A DNA stretch of 64,000 nucleotides from NCBI GenBank assembly GCA_950097015.1, contig CATNEN010000001.1, forward strand, positions 15,872,001 to 15,936,000. Reading direction: 5' to 3'. Shown here one piece after another: positions 1-13,014 of the stretch (its first letter is position 1; every line of letters begins with the position of its first letter). Under the pieces are notes generated by a model. It was not told the DNA's origin. It did no database searches and saw only the letters and a list, made by a program, of their open reading frames with translations. The stretch is from Macrostomum hystrix. Its lineage: Eukaryota > Animalia > Platyhelminthes. The position numbers were made by a program, and so were the translations under genes.

Positions 1-253
1 ATTAGTACATCAATGGCTATCAAAAAGCCTATATTTGCCTGCTTCAAAGATTACAAAAAAGCATTTGACAGCATCCATCTACCAACACTGGCACAAGCTA
101 GAAAAGAAAAGTATCAAAGGTCGTGTTTATAACATTATAAAGGATATGTACTCCAAGGCCAGCTTCTCATTAAGTCCAGACAAGCAAAGGGCATCTCAAA
201 AGGTGTTCTCCAAGGCAACCCTCTCTGCTTCTCTTTTTGAACTATATATTGAT
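1..253 (+). pseudogene. Decayed non-LTR retrotransposon (LINE) reverse transcriptase, 5' part
   Basis: Frameshifted RT motifs IFACFKDYKKAFDSI, WHKLEKKSIKGRVYNIIKDMY, GVLQGNPL and LFELYID. It joins in frame to 1198 (L-Y-I-D-D-I) once the 254-1190 insert and one TSD copy are removed. Confidence 0.85.
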
Positions 254-1190
254 TATAAGCTATTTTATCCGCTTATATGTTTCGTGTGTGATATATTATT
301 TCAGAGCTAAACTGCTTCTCAGGCGGCTCAACAGTTGGTCGCTCCTCGACTGGGGTGAGATAGGAAGTCAAATGAAAGATGGAAGCGGCTCTCGGTTAGT
401 TGTTAAAATCAAGCTGTTAAGGATTTGGCTTCCGACTCTAAGTCTAAGTCTTGGTTGTCTTAAACTAACTTCGTTGGTGTCTTATTCCAATAGTTCTTGT
501 GAGCTAACACTCAAGAAAGTGGGTCTCTTGCCCGTGAGAACGTTAGAAGCCAAACTCTGGTCAGCGCATGTATATTTATACATGTCAAATTGGCTTCCAA
601 TCACGTCATACATGATAATGAAATAGAGATATGAATACTCTAAAACAGCGCGATCACATGATTCTTTGCCCTCCCAAATCGTCCAGCTTACATATGCCTA
701 GAAAGAGAAAGTTTTATCACGAGGCATTTGAGTGCCAGTTTCAGCGCTTGCATGATTCGAAAGCAAAAGTCATATCATGCAGACACTGTCACCCGCTCTT
801 CTCGTGCCATGCCGTGCCAGCCGTTTCTCCTTTTGGTCTCCTTCGAAGTTCCAAAGGTCCTGGCATGGCTGCTCCCGCCGATTCTTATCAAGGTTACCAC
901 CCTTTGCGCTCGCCGTTCCAATGTTGCCGAGCTGTCTTATCTCGCGGCATAGGCCTCCGCGCTTGGCCTGTGTTGCCTCTAAGTGCGGTTGACCTCTGGC
1001 GGTTGGCTGAAGCTTAATTTCGGCACATGTCTTCGCCGTCGACTCGTTCGTGAACTGCCGTTGCCGTTCTCCGTGTTAGTTCATAGCCTCGCCAGGTGCC
1101 TCGTGCTGAAACCAAAGTTTTGTAAGGGTCCCTAGCCTAATCCTAAGCCTGAGTTTCGATACTTCATATGAGTCGATTTCTAGTTGTTCA
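254..1190 (-). mobile_element. ~937-bp non-coding insertion (solo-LTR-like) within the LINE RT
   Basis: Flanked by TATTGAT at 247-253 and 1191-1197, and its removal restores the RT frame. The minus strand begins TGAACA and has TATAAATA near 573-580. Element class uncertain. Confidence 0.6.
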
Positions 1191-1785
1191 TATTGATGAT
1201 ATTGTAGAGTCCCTAGAGTTAGCAAACATCAATTATATTTATCAAAGACAATCCAACCCTCATATTCGCATTTTTGCTGATGATCAGGCTCTTCTTGCTA
1301 ACTCAGCAGCTGAACTTCAATCCCTGATTAATTGCACAGAACTTTATTGCCAGCAAAACTACTTGGATTTGAACATTGATAAGACCAAAGTAGTCATATT
1401 TAGCAACTCTAAAAGGATTAAGAGCTCAAATGATAATTACCTCCAATTTATCTATAAAAATGAACCCACTGAAATTATTGAAAGCTTCAAGTATCTAGGT
1501 ATATAAAATTTGACAGTCACCTGAATTTTATAGCCTGCTTGGACTACCAAGCAAAACAAGGTTATGCAGCAATGTTTTCACTTCTTTATAGGATTAATAA
1601 TACATCCATTGACATCTTGCTTATTAAACACTTATTTGAGACTCTTGTCATTACTGGCATCACTTATGGATGTGAGATCTGGGGGTCCATTAGCAAGCCA
1701 CTCAACTTGCTGAGCTTGACAAAATCCAAACTAAATTCTACAAAGTCCTTCTTAACCTTCCTTCTTGCACAAGCAATAAAGTTAT
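1191..1785 (+). pseudogene. Decayed LINE reverse transcriptase, 3' part
   Basis: FADD catalytic motif, LNIDKTKVVIF, FKYLGI and ITYGCEIWG. Interrupted by a stop/frameshift at about 1506 and truncated at about 1786. Confidence 0.88.
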
Positions 1786-1786
1786 C

Positions 1787-2071
1787 CCCGATGTTAAAAA
1801 TATCGTCCGGCGGACTCTGATTTTTTGGTCCACCAGACTCCGCTTTTTAGTTTATTGTACGCCTAACTTTAGTCGAAAAGACGTCCGCTTTCGGCCAACG
1901 GCCAAAATGTTGTAAATACTACTATTAGTAGTGTAGCTCTGAATAAAAAATTGTATTCATTATTCTCTCGTATTCCTTTAAATAACTTATTCACATTAAC
2001 AAAAAGATTTAGATTTTCTTATTTAAAAAAGAATGTTATCGTATGTTTTTTATTTTTAGTTGCAAATAAAT
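1787..2071 (+). mobile_element. Degenerate left end of the same CMC/EnSpm family as the element at 27937
   Basis: CCCGATGTTAAAAATATCGTCCGGCGGAC... is colinear with 27937-28238, including AGTCGAAAAGACGTCCGCTTTCGGCC and TACTACTATTAGTAGTGTAGCTCTGAATAAAAA. Confidence 0.8.
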
Positions 2072-2852
2072 GACTTGACTAACTTAACTTAGCGGCAGGG
2101 AGCCTCCATAACGGACGCAGCGAGGAGGCGGCCGATGCCGCCCATATCGCTAACCCCTGGCAGCTGGACGGCCTCCAGCGAGGCGGTGCCGCTCAGGGTG
2201 GTCCGTCGGTCGATTCCGCCGCGCGATCCCCCTAGCCATAGGCTGGGAAGAAATCAGCTCGGCCGGTATCCCGAAGGAAGTGGGCGAGCTGTGGAATGCT
2301 CTCGGGCGAGCAGACTTCGACTAGGGTCGGCGCCGGCCCGAGATGTTTTAGCCTAGCCCGGGTGAAGGCCGGGCAGTGGCAGATGAAGTGCTCGGCGTTT
2401 TCACGTCCGGAGCAGCAGAAGGGATACGTTTTCTCCGGCACGTGGCCTTGGAGGTAGCGGTGACTGGTGAAGCAGCCATATCCCGAGAGGGCCATGGTGA
2501 CTGCTCTCAGGTCTCTTCGATTTAGCCTAAGCAAGGCTTTACGCAGGTTACTAGAGGGGGTTGGCACCGCAGCCCTGGACTGGCGACAGTTCAGGGTGCT
2601 AGACCACCTCCTCCGGTGTTGGGTCTCCATCCAGCGGTTGATGTTGGAGTTGACCACAGAAACGGGGATCGGGGCCTCCGGGCCCGGGCCCATCAGGGAG
2701 CTGGCTGCGCCAGCCTTTTTGCAAGATGGTCAGCCATCTCATTCCGGCCGTGAGCCCGGCGTGCCCAGGGATCCACATCAGCTCCACCTTGTTAGACTGT
2801 TCCAATCCGTTTAACTGGGTGTTGCAGTCTAAGGTGGTTCTGGAGCGAATCT
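2072..2852 (-). mobile_element. 5'-truncated RNase H-bearing LINE (LOA/R1/I-group-like) 3' end
   Basis: Minus-strand RNase H C-terminus ([18 protein letters not shown], frameshifted), then SGYGCFTSH and a CCHC-type finger ([16 protein letters not shown]). GC-rich 3' UTR and an (AAGTT/AAGTC)n tail at about 2072-2091. Confidence 0.8.
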
Positions 2853-4142
2853 GCATCTAATCTCACTTAATAGGCCTCAACTTTTTACTCCCTCTTAATC
2901 CTCTCCTCTCATTAAATTACTCAAAGAAAAACGATTACAGAAAAGGAAACTTTGGCCCTAAATCAGCTTTATACAGCCACACCATCCAACCGCAATCAAT
3001 TGATTGACGAACCTCTAATCGACATACTGCTAGGGCGATTCGTAAAGATTGATCCACGCGTGAGTTGCCTTCGCCCTCTTCCTCGCTGTCGGAGAAGGAT
3101 AATTCGACGTTGACCTCAGGGACAGCGCGTTTTTTAGTCTGAAAAATTAAAAATTAATGCAGAAACATGAGAATGTGCATAACAGAAATTAAGACGCGGG
3201 GCCTACATGCAAAGATTGTAGTGGCAGATTATAGTTGCAGAGGGGAGAAGGAGAATACTTAAAAGGACAAGTTTATGAACAGGCAGGTCAGGTAACACGC
3301 TCGTACATTCTCATTCACCTGAAGTTCAGCCGTTGATGGAATTGCGCAAGAATGTCGCTTGAATCGGACTATAAGTCCCGGGCCAGTTTCGCAGGTCACC
3401 CTGACCTGATCAGCGCGTTGGGAAGTCTGGCAATGTATGCATGCAATACGTGAGTGTACAATAGAAATATAACAAAAGAATAAAGGTGTCACGAAAAGTT
3501 GTTATTTTTTACAATCTCAAATAATTTGCTGCCACTGAATTCTCGCCTCATTGAGGGCGGTCGATACGCGCTTTAAACGATTTTTTAAACCGGGCGCTGC
3601 TGTCTGCACTTCCGCAGTCAGATATTAGCCACTGATCACTCATATCCATGAAATATTAAATGCTTTTGTGATGACAATTAATCGCAAAAGAATTTCCTGT
3701 GTAATGACTCTGAAAGCAATGCAGGCACATCGCGGCACATCGGGTGGGACCGATCGGGTGGGTTGCACACAGAGACTTGTTATTTCTAGAAGTTTCTAGA
3801 AGTTGTTATTTCTAGAAGTCTCTGGGAGCACAGACCAAATGGATAGGATAAGGCTTTCCTTCTGTCTGTGGTGGGGAGACCCATTATCAGTTTTTATTTG
3901 AGCTGCTCCTTCCTCTTTTGGCCGTGCAAGTCCTGTGACTATGCAGAAGAGCTCTCTAAATGTTTACCGTTCCTGGCAGTCACTTCAATTAATGGATATT
4001 AAGTGATTCTGGAAGCATGCTTGTTGCTAAACACTAAGCTACTAAGTCAATGAGTACGCGTACAATAAAAGCAATTGCAAAGATATGACACGCTGTCGAA
4101 TGCCTTATAATATTAAATTCGATTTAAGAAGTTCGTAAAAAT
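2852..4142 (-). pseudogene. Inverted, truncated copy of the SET gene upstream region and exons 1-3
   Basis: Reverse complement of about 37068-38385. It includes the three 5' exons but lacks the SET-domain exon and ends at the LINE junction. Confidence 0.88.
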
Positions 4143-5050
4143 AGCAATCTAGGCCCCCCTTTAGGGAGCAGAAATATTTTTAATTCGTCCAGTATTTACT
4201 TTTTAGCTTTTTTAAGCTACAATGATCCCCCAGTTGACAATAATCCGCCCATTAACAATGATCCCCAGCAAAACTATATCTCTGTGAACAAATAAATACT
4301 AATCGAAATATAATATTATATAACGATTCCGATCTCTACTAAGGTGCCGCATTAAAGTCTCAACGATACTGAAATAACTTAAACGGCCGACTTCACAACT
4401 CTCTTTACTACAAATCAGGAAATCAAAATTTGTAAACACTTCTTCGAATACACTGTCTAATGATGTTATTATAGTTAGTTCCTATAATACTTTTTTAAAT
4501 CACAAATTTCTTAGAAGACGGCGGAACCTATGTTACTACATCTAGTCAAAATAATGAAAGACAAACAGAGCTGTCTTTATATACACGTACTTAAGAAATT
4601 TTGTGCGACAGTTACTTTTTTAATGTCTTAAGCTGACTCGTAATTATGAGCATCCCAGTGGGAAATTGGAGTGCGCCCCATGAGTCGGGCAACGTGCTTC
4701 TCGCTGACGCACGACGGTCCTGGGGCGGACCAATTGTTTGGCCGCCCCGTCGTCGCCCGACGTCCGCCTGGCGTCGGTCAGAATATAGTTGGACAAAAAA
4801 TCCCTCCAGTCTACTTACAGTAGTATACTGTGAATGTGCGACACGTGGGCCTATCGTTTATTGAGCTCCTCACAATTCCTGCTCTTGATGACCTCTCCAG
4901 AATTTTAGCTAGCTTTACAAGCAATACAGGCGTACTTCTAGACTTGTTTCTTTTGGTGCATACAGTGAGCTTTTGTTGTGTTGTACCGGTCGTCCTGCTA
5001 ACAATGAGGATCCGGCGGACTCCAATATGAAGTCCAAGAATATCAGGTAG

Positions 5051-5846
5051 TGTAGTAGTAGCGCTGCCACCAGGGCGTCAGGACTTCTGCCTTCGGTGAG
5101 GTGAAGGATCCTTGGCCCGAAAGAAACGAAGTCACAAAGTCTCGAGAAGCACACAGTGCAGAGTTCCAGTTGCAATTACAGGCTGTCAGTGTCCTGCGTA
5201 GCTCGGATGGTGGGGTGGAAGGCTAAGTTAGTTTCGGGACTTAGCCAGAACTGAGCTTACGAGCAGTCACATGCAGAGACTGAAGTAGGAAACTTAGACA
5301 CTGATGGCACAGAGAACAAGTTAAGAACGACGGTTATCAAGAGAAGGTTTAAACAAGGGATAGAAGGGTTAGAAAGGGATAGAGAACCAGAGGAGCGGGG
5401 CCTTTCTTTTATAGGCAGGGGCCTCCCATAGGGTCAGTGCATAGTTAGAAAACACGTGATGAAATCACGTGGTTTCTAAAAATAGCAACTGACGTCAGTG
5501 GCGCCAGAAACGTCACTCCTACGTAGGCTCCTGTCCCATAATCAAAGCCCCAAGTGCAGTAAACATGTTTACGTGCACTTTAGGAGACAAAGAGAGAGGC
5601 CAGTCACGTGAGGAGAATCACGTGCTGACGGAGTGCAGACAAACGCGCACACAAAGAAAGGGACTGGCCAGCGCGGGACAAAGAGGTGATGACTCATCCC
5701 TGGGGGAGAGACAACACACTCTAAGTGCAAGCGCTGCCGCGGGAAAGGGAGGACAAAGAGGGCAGACCGGACAGCGCCAGAGAGGGCGGGCCGGACAGCC
5801 ACTCAGTGCCGGGAAAAGGGAGCCACCTAAGCTACGGCTCACTACA
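5051..5846 (-). mobile_element. Solo LTR (~796 bp)
   Basis: Termini TGTAGT...ACTACA (6-bp inverted). Flanks GTAG/GTTG give a 4-bp TSD with 1 mismatch. Minus-strand TATAAAA at about 5407-5413; no credible coding content. Confidence 0.55.
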
Positions 5847-6217
5847 GTTGCCATTTTTATTTTAGTCTTTAGTTAGAGTCAATTAAATCAAGTATGAAGA
5901 AACCAAGTATAGGCTATATTTAACTTGTTTAGAACACAGAGTTGAATTATATACAGAGTTCCAACATGCAGCTTTTCAGCGAGTAATAAATATTGTTTGA
6001 TTGACGATAACATAAAATACAGTTTATACAATGCGATAATTCAAATGATTTAAGCAATACATAATTTAAGCAATGGACTCGCTGCGCTCTACATTGAGCG
6101 ACAATGAACTACGTGTACTCGTATTAGCTCAATCAGTGGCTGCTGCTGTCCCGGGGTTCGTGGCTGCTGCTGTCCCGGGGTTCGTGGCTGCTGCTGCTGC
6201 TGCGGTCCGGAGGTTTG

Positions 6218-8417
6218 TTATTGCTGCTGCCTGTTGTTAACACTTGCCAGCTGTTGCTCGTCTGGTGTTCCAGATGTCGGACGCTCTTCCTGACGCCGAT
6301 GGGAGCGAGGCGTCACACGGTCAGCGGCGTGCTTTAGCATGTTCATACATGTTTTCCGCACTTCGTCCTTCGTAGGAACACCAAGTGGTCTCTCCGTTGG
6401 TCGGGTGGAATAGTCTCCGTAGATCGTATTCATGGCGTCTGGAATAAGTTCATTTTGTAGATTGTTTCATTGACATTACGTGATCCAAACATAATGTTAA
6501 CGATTTTTCTGTAACAAGTTATACATCAATTCTTTACTGACTACTTTTAGTAGTATTTTCAGGGGCAACAGACAAACGCTTCAAACACTGCTCTCTTTTT
6601 TGTTTTAAAAGGCCATCTTACCTTGAAACCAACGCAGAAACACCTTTTCAAAGCCGAGCAGGTCATCCGATAAGGATATGTTAACTCCAGCAGTGCGGGC
6701 TCTGTTGGCCATGTCGCGACCGTTGAAGTTGACCACCTTCTGCATTTCGGCCGTCAGTGCATAATTCAGCATTTCACGGAGGGTCATCTTCCAATTCGCA
6801 CTCTTGCAGCAAAGCAGCGCCGACCTCTGCCAGTGAGAAAGGGATAAGGTTAGGTGAATGTGGGAATTATAAGTGAGTGAATTTTATGCACATGTATGAA
6901 TAAATAGTTAAGGAATGAGTAAGCCAAAAAAATGTTGAACTTACCAACTCAATCAGCGTCTCCCCGGGCGACGAAACGAAGTTCGCGTACTTTGACCAAG
7001 TAGAAATTGGCCAGACTTCGCTTGGTTGAGGGCCGGTCGGTTCAACATCCAAAGAAGCAGCAGAGAGCCGACCAACTTCACTGCGAAGACCTGCAACTTC
7101 ACTGCGCAGACCAGCTATTTCACCCGCCTGAGTCGCCAGTCTTGCTTCCAGGACGCCAGACGCCCGCAAGACGGTCAGCATGAGAAACGTGAGGCCCTCC
7201 GGACTTGTCAGGCTGTGGTTAATGCAGGCCTGAACTCTTTCTCGCAGCTTATTGATGTGGCCTGGACCGAAGTTTAGGAATTGTGGGTCACCTTCTGAGG
7301 CTGGCGCTGCTGCCGCTGCACCTGCCGCCCCAATTGATTCCTTCGGAATAGTCGTTGGCTCAGACACCGACTCGTCTGCAGTAGTCTGAATTCCTGGCTC
7401 TTGCACTGCTGAAGGAGGTGCTGATGCCCCCGACTCTGGCGCCTTAGGCACTGGCGCTGCTGTCTCTGACTCCGGCAGTGGCGCTGGGGCTGCTGTCCCC
7501 GACTTGGCAGTGGCGCTGGGGCTGCTGTCCCCGACTCTGGCTCTGTTGATGAGTGGGGCGAGTAAATAAGTGACTGGTGTGTGAATAGATCATTGACATT
7601 GGAGTGAATGTGTGAATGAATGTCGAGTGAGTGAATTTTAACTCACCAATATCCTCATCTGACTCTGGCATTGCCACCAGTTGCGCACGGGTTGATGCCG
7701 GTTGCTGGCGCTGTAGAAGCATCTGCGCCGGTAGAGAGAGGCGAGATTCGCCGCCGAGATCGAGAACTCTAGGACGTCCATTCAGGAAAGTGTCGGTGTC
7801 GGGCTCCGACTCTGTTGTGTAAATCTGCAGAATTTGGGATTTTGACAAGGAGGTTCAATTTAAAATTTTCCTTTATTATTTTGATTTATTGAATTTACTC
7901 ATTCTAGTGAACACTGCAACCGGCAACTTACATTAGCTTGATATTCTCGCCTCCTTTTCTTCGAATCCGAAGGCATGAAGACACGCGGTTGCAGTACTTC
8001 AAGGATCTGCGGCATCTTGAACCCCTTCCGGATCAGCTTTCGCACGTAGAGGATGCTGGCTTCCGTGCAGGCTGTTTCACCATCTTCATTTTCCAGATAT
8101 ACCTTAAATGTTAGGATATAATGGATGGTTATCATGCACTATTGTTGGTATTGTCATTGGCCCGTAGATATTGTCTACCTCGGTCTCAATTATAGTCTAG
8201 TTTAAATCCAAACGAATTCAGTACTACTCACCTGCATGACGTATGCCAGGTACTCCTCTTGCTCGTACCGAGCCTGACAGATCCATCGCTCCGTTGCGTG
8301 TCTCTTCTCAAGCCATTCCGACCTAGATAGGTCTTGTAATTCCCTTGGGAGTATTACGCCTTCCATTGGGATCTCTACAACCTGACGGTCGTTTTTAAAG
8401 ACAACAATGAATTTCAT
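6218..8417 (-). CDS. DUF4806-like accessory protein of CMC/EnSpm module 1 (6 exons, one apparent frameshift)
   Basis: Exons 8417-8232, 8102-7932, 7824-7647, 7542-6945, 6826-6622 and 6438-6218 with GT/AG sites and compatible phases. C-terminal MQKVVNFNGR...MLKHAADR signature. A 1-nt deletion lies in a repeat near 7506. Homologous to 28790-32012. Confidence 0.72.
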
Positions 8418-8779
8418 TGTTATATCGTGGAAATGAGCCGAAAAAAGAATGAATGAGCAAGGGGAGCTTTTAATTGAAGCGGAACTTTGCGGAAGTTTCA
8501 TTCATATTCAAGTTTTAAAACTCATTTGTTTGACGCGGGCTTCGAAACTCCGTCCCCTATTGGCTATTGAATTTCCAGCCACAAATCGCAACCTCGACCC
8601 CCAACCCCCGCTGCCTCTCCCCAACCTCCCCCACGTTCCGCTCCGCATTCCTGTTCCCCGAAGCAGAAATCACTCAAGAATCGCTTTAGCAGGCAGGAAA
8701 TTCAAAATACTGTAAATGCAATACAAAACCCAAAGTTGAGTCAAAATCTGACAGTTTTACTCAAATCCGAATACAAAAA

Positions 8780-10744
8780 ATGTCGTGGACTATCAGGCGC
8801 AAGGCGAATAAGTTTGTCCTGGATCTTCTTGATGAGCAACCAAAAGAGGCAACTGATGAGAATATGGTATTGAAGAAGGCGAAGACGGAAGAAGAAATCG
8901 AACCCATTGCTTTTGACGCCAGCGTCACCAGGAAAGCTTGCTTTGACGAGTTGCGATCGCCACCAGAGAGTGAGAGCGAAGAAGAAGATGCTGATGATGA
9001 AGACAAGCGAAGCTTTGAAGAGAAGCTAGAAGCACTTCTCATTCTCTTCTTCATTTTGTACAAGGTGCCACGTGACGGAGTTAAACTACTGCTTGGAGGC
9101 CTACGCAAGCTTGGAGTACAGGCACCGCGGTCGAAGTACATGATTGATAAAATTCTGAAGGGTGAGAAGACTGACACCTCGCTTGAGCCGATGGGAGAGG
9201 GTCAGTTTCGGTACTTCGGTATTGGTGAGAATCTGCAAATGCTACTAAAAAAAGGTCTGCTAAATCTGACGAGACCAGATGATTTACATTCCACGAACGA
9301 GTCAAGGGTCTACAGTTTCTGTGCACTTTTTAATTCGGATGGACTCCCACTTTTTAAGTCTTCTCAATTTGGTCTATGGCCGATTCTGATGATGATCCCT
9401 GACGCTTTTCCAAGACCATTTCCTGTTGGAATTTATGCCGGCAAGGGCAAACCGCCTCTTCAAGCTTACCTGCGGGAATTCTGTAATGAAGCAAAAAAGT
9501 TTCTTTCTGCACCAGTAAGAATTAGTGAATCCGTGCAAATTACGATTTCAGCAATTCGATTTGTTTGCGATGCGCCGGCCAGAGCGTACATCTGTGGCAT
9601 TCTGGGACACACCGCATATGCTGGATGCGGTTATTGCAGAGCTGTTGGCATTCATTTTAAGAAGAGAATGACTTTCTCAACGGTGGTGGGCGAGAGCCGA
9701 TGCGGAGAGATGTATCGCGCAGGTCAGGAATCGAACCAGCAGCGGAAGACTGGAAATATAATTATGTCGCCTTTGTTGCAACTGCCTAATGTAGACTTCG
9801 TAAATTCTTTCCCTGTGGAATTTCAACACGCGGTGTGCCTCGGTGCTGTACGAAAATTTTTCTACTTCTACTTTGATCCAGAAGGTGGCCGTAAAGTCAA
9901 GAAGGATCAAATCTCGCATTTGTCCGACCGAATTGCTGCACTGACGAAGTACACACCCTCAAATTTTCAAAGAAGACCTCGTCGACTTTCTGATCTGAAG
10001 TTTTTTAAGGCCAGCGAGTACCGGCAGTTTCTTCTTTATTTGGGCCCCGTCTTGTTCAAGGGATTTTTGCCGGAATTACTGTACAACCATTTCCTCTTGC
10101 TGCACTTCGCCATGTACGTCTACTCAAGCGACAGACACACTAAGTACTGGGATCAGGCTAAAAGCTCCGTTGAAGTTTTTGTCGAGCAAACGGCTATTTA
10201 CTTTGGCCAGGAGGCCATCAGCTACAATATCCATGCCTTACTGCACTTCGATCAGTTTGTCCGACTGTATGGGAACATTAATAGCTTTACGACATTTCCC
10301 TTTGAAAACTACCTTGGCGCCATCAAACGTCGCATCAAGGTAACTAGGCATCTGGCTGCACATTCAGTGAACGAGATAGTATGTGTCCGGAATTTGATGC
10401 ATGATGACCCAGTCAAGCCGTTAAAGTACAGCTCCAAGATGGGAGATAATGCATGCTTCATAAGAAACATCTGCGTCTTAATTGAACACATCACCGAAGA
10501 GAGAGTCGCAACTGGTCGAGTTTTGAAGCCGGAGGGCGAAATTTATTCTCAACCGTACAGCTCAATGCGTTTGGGGATTGGAATCTATCGGTTGACTGAA
10601 GAAGTCCTGATCGGCAAGCCAGAATGGAAATGCTGGCTTCTTCCTAAGTCTGTTGCAGACTCGACCAGCAGTGCCAGCAGGCCAGAAGCTGATGAGACCG
10701 GTCTCTTTTACGTTGTTCCACTGTCTGGAGGTGATTGTAATTAG
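8780..10744 (+). CDS. CMC/EnSpm (CACTA-like, Tnp2-type) DDE transposase 1, intronless, 654 aa
   Basis: Motifs NSDGLPLFKSS..LWPIL, FVCDAPARAYI..GH..Y.GCGYC, EFQHAVCLG, RRPR..FKASEYR..LYLGP, YNIHALLH and FPFENYL. Confidence 0.92.
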   Translation: MSWTIRRKANKFVLDLLDEQPKEATDENMVLKKAKTEEEIEPIAFDASVTRKACFDELRSPPESESEEEDADDEDKRSFEEKLEALLILFFILYKVPRDGVKLLLGGLRKLGVQAPRSKYMIDKILKGEKTDTSLEPMGEGQFRYFGIGENLQMLLKKGLLNLTRPDDLHSTNESRVYSFCALFNSDGLPLFKSSQFGLWPILMMIPDAFPRPFPVGIYAGKGKPPLQAYLREFCNEAKKFLSAPVRISESVQITISAIRFVCDAPARAYICGILGHTAYAGCGYCRAVGIHFKKRMTFSTVVGESRCGEMYRAGQESNQQRKTGNIIMSPLLQLPNVDFVNSFPVEFQHAVCLGAVRKFFYFYFDPEGGRKVKKDQISHLSDRIAALTKYTPSNFQRRPRRLSDLKFFKASEYRQFLLYLGPVLFKGFLPELLYNHFLLLHFAMYVYSSDRHTKYWDQAKSSVEVFVEQTAIYFGQEAISYNIHALLHFDQFVRLYGNINSFTTFPFENYLGAIKRRIKVTRHLAAHSVNEIVCVRNLMHDDPVKPLKYSSKMGDNACFIRNICVLIEHITEERVATGRVLKPEGEIYSQPYSSMRLGIGIYRLTEEVLIGKPEWKCWLLPKSVADSTSSASRPEADETGLFYVVPLSGGDCN

Positions 10745-12984
10745 GGTGAGTCCAACAAAATTTTCCCTATTATTACGCTAGCATTATATTCAGAGCTCGT
10801 AGCAGAGCTTGACTGCGTTCATCGAAACAACGTTTTCTTGCTATTAATTATTGTTTCTAAAAGTCGCATGATTGATTTTAGAACATCCTGACCCTAAATT
10901 TCCACAGCCTTCAACGTCCTTGACATTCCGATACAGTCCTGTAAATTCAAGGAGAGACATTTAGGAGAGATAAGGAGCAACATTGTCATAAATTTTCTAC
11001 ATCTACTCTTCACAACTCTAAACTTGGATTTGGGTTTTGACAGCCCGACTGTCGGTTGCGTTATATTACTTCATATTCAAAATATTTAGGAGACATTTAG
11101 GAGAGATAAGGAGCAAATAGTGTGGGAACTTGAGCCCTAGGCAGAATCCACCCACCTATGTTGACAAAACGGCCGCCGATTTTTTGCTTCCCAAATTCGC
11201 TTGCAACCCAGACGAGCGTACCAGGGACCACAACAGACGGAGCTAAGCTGAAGGGCGATGTGTCTGGTGTGCGATAAGAAACAGGTTTCTTTGTTTACTC
11301 TTGAAATACATACAGCATAACTTTGACTTGACTAGCATCTGCGGTGGGGCAAGGTAGCAACTTAAAATCCACTATTCTATGGAAATTCTAAGCAGATAAG
11401 ACAAGTGTCCCCTGACAGTTACAGGCCTGTAACTGTTATTTGTCAACTCAGCTAGTCAGGATCTTTGCTATTTCTCACAGACATACATGTTACTGTACAT
11501 TAAAAAAATTATCTCGTTCACAGAACTGGGTGTATGTATACTCCATTTCTTTTGCATCATCGCATCTTCAAATTGTACAAAAAGCACAAAAAATTACAAA
11601 TCGTTTGTCTTGGCTAAGCTGTATATACTAGACATACAATTTATCATGTTCATTCAATTGTGTCATGTGCATTAAATAAACTCCCGCATCATTACATCTG
11701 AAAAATAGACAAAAAAAAATTACTTTCACATGCCCGCACACCTAGCACTGCAAGTACCTGCACTGTTCTTTTCGACATTCTTTTTAAACCAATATTTTAC
11801 ATGCGATAGTGGCTTCGACTTGGTTCTTCAGCAGCAAGCATAATTAAATAAACAAGTGATATCACTTGGCCCTAATAAGCAAAGGAAATTATTAAAAACT
11901 TGTCTCGGGTAATCAACACCACTTCATAATTCCTATATGTTGTCAAGAGCATAGGCTATGCTTGCTGCTGCGGCAGGGAAGGGCCTCCTTCTCGGTTAAG
12001 AAAAGACCCTGACGATCAAACCAAGAAAGGAAGCTGACTAATATTTAATTCCCTAAATTGCAGTCACGCCTCCGAGCCACGACGAGAAGGAATTGAAAAA
12101 AATACAGGAAGCTATCAATGTCAAAAGGCCTAGCTTCCGAAAAAAGTTCATTTTTAAACGGAAAACAAGTTATTGTCTATATTTTTTTAATATAAAAGAT
12201 AATTTATGAGTAAGCTGCTTGATGAGTTTTGTTTTTAAAAACACATTTGGGAGAATCTAGGTTGAACATGACACTCGAAGTCCAGTACACATTCCTGGAC
12301 AGCGGGCCAGTGGGATTGGCGGTTGGGGGTGCTTATAACCTCGTTAGGCAGCCGTTAAATTGCGAGTTTTTAAGCTCCGAAATATTAACATTGACATTCA
12401 TTTTCAGCGCACATGAAATTCTTTTGCGATTCATTGTCATCACAGAAACAATTACCATTCCATGGATAGCAGTGATTAAAGTTATTAAAGTGACTTCTAA
12501 TAAACAGAATAAAACAGAATAAAGGCAGAATAAAAAACTGATAAGAATATTTAGAGTTTTGACCGTGGCTACCTAGACTGTATTGGTCTCCCCCCAGAAG
12601 TAAAGTCTTATCTAATTAGTCTGTGCTCCCCATTCGGTCAGCAACACCCATGAATGTGCCGAATGGTTCAGAACTAAAAGTTTTTGAACAGGGACCTAAA
12701 GACCTTGTCTTTCGATAAGGCACATTTAAGGGAATTTTGCACTTTGATTGCTTCATAGGTAGCGATGTCTATGTATATTCATTTTATTCATGTAGCTATT
12801 CTAGCTATTCCTTGATATATTGTCGTGCATTAATTGTTAGCACTTGAAGTATTGTTACAAATATTTCCCCTTTTTCCTAACACAAACATTAAAGCTACTG
12901 CTTACCAGTTACATAGTGTACAGATTGAAAATGGAAACGCTATTGCTTCTGTGCGAATAATGTCACGAATGTTAGAAAATGTTA

Positions 12985-13014
12985 CTAGCAAGTTTTGCCC
13001 CCCTTCGGGGAGCA
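12985..13014 (-). other. Helitron-type 3' terminus (hairpin + CTAG)
   Basis: Minus strand TGCTCCCC-GAA-GGGGGGCA hairpin, 7 nt, CTAG|T. Same geometry as 27081-27108. Confidence 0.55.

Noticed and set aside
11415-11436. Palindromes ACAGTTACAGGCCTGTAACTGT and ACAATTGATAG-CTA-CTATCAATTGT (about 48542)
   Set aside because: No flanking TSD, so they are not counted with the 8-bp-TSD micro-insertions.
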